From Elusimicrobiota bacterium (GTDB lineage: Bacteria; CG03; SLGR01; JAGXOG01), in assembly GCA_051745145.1 (NCBI GenBank), contig JBNJDT010000034.1, positions 1-16,873 on the forward strand: 16,873 nt of DNA. Reading direction: 5' to 3'. How positions within the stretch are numbered: position 1 is the stretch's first letter; each line of letters opens with the position of its first letter. Under the pieces are notes generated by a model that ran no database searches, had not been told where the DNA came from, and was given only the letters and a program-made list of their open reading frames with translations. Position numbers and translations under genes: made by a program. Below are positions 1-6,397 of this stretch, one piece after another.

Positions 1-161
1 TCTATTGTCTTTTGGGGAACTCCTTCAGGTAGAGTGACAGTGACATATGTATTCATACTAAAATTTGTATGTTTCTGGAAATTTCTATCTGAGTCCCGGC
101 AGCCGGCTAATACGGCACAGATTAACAGTATCTCAAAAATTTTAAATTTTAAATTACTCAT
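1..161 (-). CDS. apbE: Lipoprotein, probable ApbE/RnfF-family FAD:protein FMN transferase (5' part only; runs off the window edge)
   Basis: Not in the ORF track. Manual translation from ATG at 161..159 gives MSNLKFKIFEILLICAVLAGCRDSDRNFQKHTNFSMNTYVTVTLPEGVPQKTI. It has a LAGC lipobox followed by F-x-M-N-T-x-V-x-V-T-L, resembling the ApbE N-terminal 'MGT.v.it' strand. It lies directly downstream of an rnf-like operon that carries an SGAT flavinylation motif. Only 53 codons are visible. Confidence 0.65.
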   Translation of the reverse strand, partial: MSNLKFKIFEILLICAVLAGCRDSDRNFQKHTNFSMNTYVTVTLPEGVPQKTI

Positions 162-177
162 CTATTTGAAAAAATAA

Positions 178-753
178 TTATTCTATAATTTTCAGCGCCT
201 CTGTAGGACACTTACGTACACACACCTTACAACCGGTGCATCTTTGAAAATTAACTGACGGCAACCCGTTTTCGGTAAGATCTATGGCATTTTCCGGACA
301 GACATTTACGCAGATATAACATTTAATGCACCCCTTAGGACAGTATTCTTCAACTTCTTCGGGTTTTAAAGAAGTATTACATGATAAATATACTTTTCCC
401 TCACTCTGTTCAACCATCTTAATAAGATTAACCGGACACACTTCCATGCATATCCCGCAGCCGGTACATTTTTCATAAATAACATCCAGATTTTCGGTAA
501 TTGCATTCTCCGGACAACTTTTTATACACGATTTAAGCCCCAGGCAACTATCTTTACACACATAATTATTTTTAAATTTTCGGTAAGCTACCCGGCAGTC
601 TTTAATATTACCGTAATTAAATTCAGTTTCCCGGGGCAATGTGCATTTAATAATAGCTGCTGCCGGCTTAGATTCTTTAGTTCTGGGATTTTTAAAAACA
701 GGCTGCTTATATAAAATAAATACCAATATTACTAAAATAACAACGGCCCACAT
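178..753 (-). CDS. rnfB: RnfB-like membrane-anchored polyferredoxin, lacking the N-terminal Fe-S domain
   Basis: N-terminal hydrophobic anchor. RnfB-type segment Y.NIKDC..A.......CKDSCLGLKSCIKSCP, then CTGCGICMEVCP, CPKGCIKCYICVNVCP and CTGCKVCVRKCP. Last gene of a C-D-G-E-A-B order, with a TAATG overlap with the upstream gene at 751-755. Confidence 0.8.
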   Translation of the reverse strand: MWAVVILVILVFILYKQPVFKNPRTKESKPAAAIIKCTLPRETEFNYGNIKDCRVAYRKFKNNYVCKDSCLGLKSCIKSCPENAITENLDVIYEKCTGCGICMEVCPVNLIKMVEQSEGKVYLSCNTSLKPEEVEEYCPKGCIKCYICVNVCPENAIDLTENGLPSVNFQRCTGCKVCVRKCPTEALKIIE

Positions 754-1274
754 TATTTTAATCCCTCCATCAATAGCATAAATAGAGAAATTATAATTAA
801 AATGACCTGTTCTGGCTTTATATTACTATTTTTCTCAATATTAATATTTTTATAAACGGAATACACTGCAAAAACTAATCCTAAAAAACCTGTTAAAATA
901 AGTCCGGCCATATTTATATAATCCATAAAATTAGCCCCTGCTGTGCTGACATGAATAATTAAACCGGCCGCGAAGAGACTGTAATAGGCCCCCGGTTCTT
1001 TTTTTATCTCAGTAAAATTAAATATTCTGCCGGTTATTTCTCCGGCAATTATTACCACAAACGGGATCGCCATTAAATACAGCACTGGATCTTGGACCGC
1101 AGAAATTTCATTTAACCCCATGTAAATAAACAGCCCTGTTACAGAATGAGTTATTAAATATATGTAGTATTTAAGTAGATCTTTGGAATTATCCACCTCA
1201 GGGAGAATATCTACAATAAACCGGAGTCCGAAAAATAAGAAAAATGAACTTTTTAATAACTGTAAAATATTCAA
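753..1274 (-). CDS. Highly divergent RnfA-like integral membrane protein (no cysteines)
   Basis: Multi-pass hydrophobic 173 aa protein in the rnfA slot. Its C-terminal half (GAYYSLF...ANFMDYINMAGLILTGFLGLVFAVYSV...VILIIISLFMLLMEGL) follows the RnfA pattern (GIYLPLI..NC...NF.QS...G...GF.L.L.L...IR...IALI.AGLM.LAF.GF). TTG start overlaps the upstream TGA stop. Confidence 0.55.
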   Translation of the reverse strand: MNILQLLKSSFFLFFGLRFIVDILPEVDNSKDLLKYYIYLITHSVTGLFIYMGLNEISAVQDPVLYLMAIPFVVIIAGEITGRIFNFTEIKKEPGAYYSLFAAGLIIHVSTAGANFMDYINMAGLILTGFLGLVFAVYSVYKNINIEKNSNIKPEQVILIIISLFMLLMEGLK

Positions 1275-1759
1275 ATTTTTATTCTCCGGAGTATAAAACT
1301 GTAAATTATCATAATCAACACTGTGTATAACATTAACAATCCGGCCGTTATATTTGGCACCCGGCTTATTAATAAAGCAGTAAACCCCAAAGTTCCAAAA
1401 CCGGCGACTATGCCGCTAAACCAGAATAAATCGGCCCGGAATGAAAAATTTCCCGTTCCCCGACCGGTTACATAAACTGTCCAAATTACCGCTAAAGTAT
1501 GGAAAATTCCCAGCTCTCCTGAGGGAATAACCCCGAATAATAAAGCTGACCATATAACCGTAAGTACCAATAATTCTCTGCGGTCCAGATAATCAAATAA
1601 AAAATAATTAATTATACCCCCGCCCAATACTGCTGATAACCCGGTTATAATCGATATAGCAGGCTCCAAGCCGTAATATATAAAACCAAGCAAGGGAACT
1701 ACCCCCGCTCCCCGGGAAAATACTGTCTGTATACCTTTAATGAAGTTTGTTTTTTGCAT
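1271..1759 (-). CDS. Highly divergent RnfE-like integral membrane protein (no cysteines)
   Basis: Sits in the rnfE slot. FIKGI...GAGVVPLLG aligns with RnfE F.NG.....LGLCPLLA, and LGIFHTLAVIWTVYVTGRG aligns with RnfE LGIFIPLIVVNCIILGRAE. Confidence 0.6.
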   Translation of the reverse strand: MQKTNFIKGIQTVFSRGAGVVPLLGFIYYGLEPAISIITGLSAVLGGGIINYFLFDYLDRRELLVLTVIWSALLFGVIPSGELGIFHTLAVIWTVYVTGRGTGNFSFRADLFWFSGIVAGFGTLGFTALLISRVPNITAGLLMLYTVLIMIIYSFILRRIKI

Positions 1760-2192
1760 CTTGAATGGCTTCCAGTAAGCCCTCGCTTGACTGTGTCGCT
1801 CCGCTTACCGCATCAATGTCGGTTGTCTGATTATCTATGATTCGGGGAATAATTTCCCCCCGGACCTTATTCCAGTATTTGCTTATCTCCCGGGACTCAA
1901 TAACCTCAATATCTGTAATAACCGGCGAGCTTCCCGGTCCCCTATTTTCAAAAGTAACTTCTACTATTATCTTCCCGGCAAACCCCTGGCCCGTTCCTTT
2001 TTTGACTACATCTTTTTTTAATCCGGGGGAAGGGTCTTCTTTTTCTACAGTTCCCTTAGAAACACCGCCCTTTTTTTGTTGTTTTTCCTGTGCTTTTTCG
2101 TGACCCGGACTCTTTTTCACAGCAGTATTTTTCTGTGATGATATAATAAAAGCTACCGCCAAAGACAATATTATAACAATAATTTTTCTCAT
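1737..2192 (-). CDS. Membrane-anchored FMN-binding-domain protein in the RnfG position
   Basis: N-terminal signal/anchor helix, Lys/Glu/Pro-rich linker, then an FMN_bind-type domain (GTGQGFAGKIIVEVTF...ITDIEVIES.E...DIDAVSGATQSS) with an intact [S/T]GA[T] ApbE flavinylation motif. Confidence 0.85.
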   Translation of the reverse strand: MRKIIVIILSLAVAFIISSQKNTAVKKSPGHEKAQEKQQKKGGVSKGTVEKEDPSPGLKKDVVKKGTGQGFAGKIIVEVTFENRGPGSSPVITDIEVIESREISKYWNKVRGEIIPRIIDNQTTDIDAVSGATQSSEGLLEAIQDAKNKLH

Positions 2193-2941
2193 ATATTTTC
2201 CACTATACTTCCAACTAAAGCACCGGCCAATATTCCCAAAACCCCAAAAATAGAAATTGCAATACCCGTAACCAGGCCGGTAATTCCCTTATCCTTATTT
2301 TGCAATGGAAGAACTCCGGGATAGGAAAGCAATAAACTTCCCCACAGGAAAAGAGGCAGATAATTGTTAAATTCCGCCCAGCCGGAAAAAATTAACTTTG
2401 TTATTAAAAATCCCAGCGCTATAAATAATATAAAATAGAGATTAACCCTTTTTCTAAAGATTAGATATATTATCCCTGCCAGATATAAATAAACTGTAAT
2501 GCCAAAATTATCGGGCCCGAACGAATTAATATATTTCATCAAAAGTAACGGCGCTATAATTACCGGTTTAAACGGGGTCACCGGCGGCCCTTTAAATATT
2601 ATTTCATATATTATAATCGATAATAGCACCGCCCCCCCTACAATAACAAACCTATTTGTTCCCGTTACGGACAGCCTGTACCAGACCATAAGAAATATTA
2701 AAATTCCGGTGACTGCAGATTGCAAAATTTTTACTGTAATCTTTTTCTTTTTAAAATAACCTGTTATTCCAAAAGTAAATGCAGATATAATTAAAATCCC
2801 CAGGAATTCAACTCCCTGGCCAGTTAAAAATAACCGGTAACCCAAAGCCGGCAGCAGAGCAATCAATAAATCAGTCCATACGTATAACTCCTCGCGAGAT
2901 TTATGGGCAAAAGGAGGTAACCCCACCATAAACGTATTCAT
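2189..2941 (-). CDS. rnfD: Divergent, shortened RnfD-like membrane protein (about 250 aa)
   Basis: Start re-assigned to the ATG at 2941, which overlaps the rnfC TGA stop as ATGA. The N-terminus MNTFMVGLPPFAH.....WTDLLIALLPAL matches RnfD 'SSPH.H......M.DV.IAL.PA'. AVTGILI, IFKGPPVTPFKP (cf. LFGG.G.N.FNPA) and AGIIYLIFRKRV (cf. GG.YL..RK.I) also match. Confidence 0.7.
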   Translation of the reverse strand: MNTFMVGLPPFAHKSREELYVWTDLLIALLPALGYRLFLTGQGVEFLGILIISAFTFGITGYFKKKKITVKILQSAVTGILIFLMVWYRLSVTGTNRFVIVGGAVLLSIIIYEIIFKGPPVTPFKPVIIAPLLLMKYINSFGPDNFGITVYLYLAGIIYLIFRKRVNLYFILFIALGFLITKLIFSGWAEFNNYLPLFLWGSLLLSYPGVLPLQNKDKGITGLVTGIAISIFGVLGILAGALVGSIVENI

Positions 2942-3918
2942 TCTAAATACCATCCCGGACATAAAAACCCGCACAATCCACATCCGATACACCCGTCTAC
3001 TTTAGAAAAAGGAATAAATCCCCGGCCGTTTTTAAAAATTTTAAGGATATGGGGGCTTTCCAGATATTGGGGGCAAACTTCTATACATTTTCCGCACCCG
3101 ATACACCCGTCTAATTTACTGCTGTAATTATTTAGTATTATTAAATTATCAAAATTACCGGCCCGTAAATCTTCCATGGATTTTACCGCCTGTCCGGACA
3201 GCAAACCGTTCTTTACAACAAATTTACCGGTACCCCCTATCTTATCTATTAACTCCCTGGCTACGGTATTTTTATTAACCTTAAAAAGGTGGTTTATTTT
3301 TTCATAATTTAAAATCACATATTCATTTTCATCGGTTTCAGAATAGTCTATAAATCTGTAAAGTTTAATTAATTTTTCTATTGCTACCACCAGATTCCCC
3401 CTTTTTCCCGGAAAATAATTATCTCTCTTTTTTATCCCGTATATGTATTTCCATAATATCTCATTAAATCCGAGAGGATACCGGTTCTTCTCCTCTTTAA
3501 GAAAGATATTAGGAGACCGTCGAATTTGCTCATCCAGTTTATTTATAAATTCCATATGCCGGGGAACTATTAACCGGCCGTAATCCGCGGCAACAGCTTT
3601 CATGATTAACTTCAACCCGCCGATTATTTGAAAATTGAAAAGCTCCAGGAGTATGTTTCTATAACCGATAAAAGGATACTTAACCATCCCGTTTCCAGTC
3701 ACCCGGCCGCATCCCACTTTCTCTATTTTTAGTAATTCCCTTTCAGTAAAAACACCGGACTGAATAATTTTTTCTCTTAAGTAGTCTCTATCTTCCGTGT
3801 GAAACTTAGATGGCGGCCGTTTTTTGTCTTTTCCGGATTTTTCTTTCTTTTCGCGGTAATCTACCAAATCCATCCGGGGTATATTTATTCTAACTTTCCC
3901 TCTTAAACTTTTTAACAT
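2938..3918 (-). CDS. rnfC: Divergent RnfC-like protein with a C-terminal 2x[4Fe-4S] domain
   Basis: YPLGFNEILWKYIYG (cf. YP.G.EK.LI....G), GTGKFVVKNGLLSG (cf. GG....I.GGPMMG), and CIGCGKCIEVCP plus CIGCGLCGFLCP. First gene of the C-D-G-E-A-B order. Confidence 0.7.
   Translation of the reverse strand: MLKSLRGKVRINIPRMDLVDYREKKEKSGKDKKRPPSKFHTEDRDYLREKIIQSGVFTERELLKIEKVGCGRVTGNGMVKYPFIGYRNILLELFNFQIIGGLKLIMKAVAADYGRLIVPRHMEFINKLDEQIRRSPNIFLKEEKNRYPLGFNEILWKYIYGIKKRDNYFPGKRGNLVVAIEKLIKLYRFIDYSETDENEYVILNYEKINHLFKVNKNTVARELIDKIGGTGKFVVKNGLLSGQAVKSMEDLRAGNFDNLIILNNYSSKLDGCIGCGKCIEVCPQYLESPHILKIFKNGRGFIPFSKVDGCIGCGLCGFLCPGWYLE
2981..3118. repeat. 24-bp near-identical direct repeat (22/24; 16-bp exact core) encoding both ferredoxin motifs of the RnfC-like protein
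   Basis: catccgatacacccgtctacttta (2981-3004) versus cacccgatacacccgtctaattta (3095-3118). These encode K-V-D-G-C-I-G-C and K-L-D-G-C-I-G-C. Confidence 0.85.
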
Positions 3919-4817
3919 AATTGGAGGACCTTTTCTATTGTGTTAGTATGTATATCCACTGTATCTTTTAACTCTTTTGATTTTCCGCCCCCCAATAATA
4001 CGGACACCGAAATATTATTTGAAATTGCTTCGTTTAATACAATTTCATCTCTTTTAATAAAATCTCTCTTTTCCAGCTTTAAATCCCCCAAAAGGTCTTC
4101 TTTATAACTACAGGCTCCGGCTATATATATTATAATATCCGGTTTTAAAAAATCTAATTCTTTTTTCAGCTGTTTTTTCAACATATTATTATAAGTCTTA
4201 CCGGAAATATTTTCACTTAAAGAAAAACCCCGGTCCGGGGTTTCCTTAATTATAGGATAAAACTCTTTAGAGTAAAAAGAGAGCACTCTGATATTCTTAT
4301 TGGGCTTTAATATGCTTATAGTACCGTCTGCCTGGTGTAGGTCGCAATCTAAAATCAAAACCCGGCGCCCATCACGGGCTAATTTTAACGCCCCGTAAGC
4401 CACATCGTTAAATACTGTAAAAGCACCGGGTCTATTTTTGTGGGCGTGGGTGAAGCCTCCTCCAATAAATACGCTGCCTCCATCTTCTAAAGCCGCCCGG
4501 CCGCTAAGATAAACCCCGGTGCAGGAGCTAAGAGCAACTTCAGCCGCTTTTTTAGGATATTTAAGTTCTGTCTGAATCTGCTCGGCAACCGACAAATCGC
4601 CGTTTAAGGCTCTATAAATATAATCTTTTGTATGAATACAACTAAGTTCCTCCGGGGAAAGAGAAGGAGTAATTTGAAAAGATTCCCGGCTAAAATATTC
4701 TTTTTCTAACAGCCACTTTTTTATTAATCTGTATTTTTCAAAAGGGTAAGAAGCAGAATCGGAAAGTTCTTCGTAACCGGGATTGTAAAAAATTTCGGAT
4801 TTAACTGACTTCGGCAA
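3912..4817 (-). CDS. Histone deacetylase/AcuC-family protein with substituted catalytic residues
   Basis: HDAC-fold motifs: YPFEKY, L..IHT.DYI, GGGFTHA, GAFTVFND, LDCDLHQADGT, PD.I.Y.AGAC...EDLLG and LGGGK. TTG start. Confidence 0.85.
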   Translation of the reverse strand: MPKSVKSEIFYNPGYEELSDSASYPFEKYRLIKKWLLEKEYFSRESFQITPSLSPEELSCIHTKDYIYRALNGDLSVAEQIQTELKYPKKAAEVALSSCTGVYLSGRAALEDGGSVFIGGGFTHAHKNRPGAFTVFNDVAYGALKLARDGRRVLILDCDLHQADGTISILKPNKNIRVLSFYSKEFYPIIKETPDRGFSLSENISGKTYNNMLKKQLKKELDFLKPDIIIYIAGACSYKEDLLGDLKLEKRDFIKRDEIVLNEAISNNISVSVLLGGGKSKELKDTVDIHTNTIEKVLQLC

Positions 4818-4826
4818 ATTATTCTG

Positions 4827-5489
4827 CTACCAGATATAACGAACTTTGCCGCCCAGGGTAACCCCCAGGAGACTGCCGGCCGGAGTATCGGTGGTCATAA
4901 AACTTTTTAAGCCCACAAACCAGTCCCAGTTGGGATTCATGGGAAAAACTTCCATGCCCATTTTTTGCTGAAACCCAAAAGCTGTCGTCACGGGGTGGGA
5001 AATAGTCTCTCCCGGTTCAGAGCCGGGGGTGGCCCTGTGATTACCCAGGGGTTCTTTACTGTAAAATACGTGATACATTCCGATTCCTCCTCCTATATAA
5101 AAAGCATCGTAAATCGTATATATAAAATTTACGGTCATCGGAACAACATTTAATTTTACAGATATATTTTTTCCGGCGTCATCTAAAACATCCTGGGAAT
5201 AACTCTGTATATCGCCTTCTATTTCCTCTTCGGTGTAATTTACTTCTTCAAGCGATCCAAACATATATCCAAGCCCTAACTCCAAAGATTTCGAATCTAC
5301 CTCCCGAATGCCGGTTATCATAAGAGCGGGAGAAAGAAGTCTGCCGCTTTGAGCGGCATCACCTACCGCAAGACCTAACTCGCCGCCAAGCTCCCAATCT
5401 TCCCAGGAAGCGGCCCGGGCAATATTGAAAAAAGTAATTACTACAGCTACCAGAAATGTAAATATTCTAAAATACCGGTATCTTCTCAT
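4827..5489 (-). CDS. Outer-membrane beta-barrel protein (OmpW/OmpA-transmembrane-like)
   Basis: Signal peptide ending ARA-A. Amphipathic strands such as VVPMTVNFIY, FYIGGGIGMY and WDWFVGLK. C-terminal aromatic signature GGKVRYIW. Confidence 0.7.
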   Translation of the reverse strand: MRRYRYFRIFTFLVAVVITFFNIARAASWEDWELGGELGLAVGDAAQSGRLLSPALMITGIREVDSKSLELGLGYMFGSLEEVNYTEEEIEGDIQSYSQDVLDDAGKNISVKLNVVPMTVNFIYTIYDAFYIGGGIGMYHVFYSKEPLGNHRATPGSEPGETISHPVTTAFGFQQKMGMEVFPMNPNWDWFVGLKSFMTTDTPAGSLLGVTLGGKVRYIW

Positions 5490-6397
5490 CCTTTCTCTTT
5501 TAAAAGGTCTTCTAAGATTGCCTGCTGGATATGCATTCTATTTTCCGCCTGTTCAAATACATAGGAGTGTTCTCCGTCCATGACCTCATCGGTAATCTCC
5601 TCGCCCCGGTGGGCGGGCAGACAATGCATTACCATGACATCGGATTTGGCAACTTCCAGCAAATCTGTATCCACCCGATAGGAAGAAAATTTTTCCAGTC
5701 TCTGGGACTGTTCCTGTTCATCTCCCATACTAACCCATACATCGGTGTATATAGCATCCGCATCTTTAGAAGCTTCAACCGGATCGTTTAAAATTTCTAT
5801 ATTGGGGTTCTTCTTTTGGGCCGGGCTGATAATTTCATCGGCGGGTTCAAAATTTTCCGGTGAAGCAACGCTCAGCTGAAAGCCGAAAATCCCGGCTGCA
5901 TTTATGAGGGAATTACATACATTATTACCGTCCCCTATAAACGAAACTTTTAAATTCTCAAAATCAAATCCCTTGACCTCTGCTATGGACATAACATCGC
6001 CCATGGCCTGACAGGGATGTAAAAGATCAGTCAAACCGTTAATAACCGGAACTCCGGCAGCTTTTCCCATCTCTATGACATCCCGGTGGGAATAGGTTCT
6101 GATCATTATGGCATCCACATATCCGCCCAGGGTTTTAGAAGTATCGTAAATAGTCTCACCTCTGGAAAGCTGTAGAGTTTCGCTTCCAAGGTAAAGAGCA
6201 TCGCCGCCCAGCCGTTTCATAGCTATATGAAAAGAGACATTTGTCCTGGTGGACGGCTTTGTAAATATCATAGCCAGATTTTTATTCTTGCCCGCTTTCG
6301 GGGTCTCACCATTTTTAAGTTCAATACCTCTTTTTAAAAGTCCAGTCAGGTATTTTTCACCGTGATTCCTTAAATCAATTAAATTATTTTTATTCAT
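5486..6397 (-). CDS. argF: Ornithine carbamoyltransferase
   Basis: Canonical motifs F.KPSTRT, NGLTD..HPCQ, GDGNNV, YTDVWVSMG and HCLPAHRG, plus AENR. Confidence 0.95.
   Translation of the reverse strand: MNKNNLIDLRNHGEKYLTGLLKRGIELKNGETPKAGKNKNLAMIFTKPSTRTNVSFHIAMKRLGGDALYLGSETLQLSRGETIYDTSKTLGGYVDAIMIRTYSHRDVIEMGKAAGVPVINGLTDLLHPCQAMGDVMSIAEVKGFDFENLKVSFIGDGNNVCNSLINAAGIFGFQLSVASPENFEPADEIISPAQKKNPNIEILNDPVEASKDADAIYTDVWVSMGDEQEQSQRLEKFSSYRVDTDLLEVAKSDVMVMHCLPAHRGEEITDEVMDGEHSYVFEQAENRMHIQQAILEDLLKEKG

Noticed and set aside
2942..2992. ORF-track N-terminal extension of the RnfD-like gene (start 2992)
   Set aside because: It would overlap the rnfC ferredoxin motif by 55 nt. The ATG at 2941 gives an ATGA coupling and an RnfD-like N-terminus.
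178..3918. Calling the rnf-like genes pseudogenes
   Set aside because: No frameshifts or internal stops, start/stop coupling is preserved, and Cys motifs and the SGAT motif are selectively retained.
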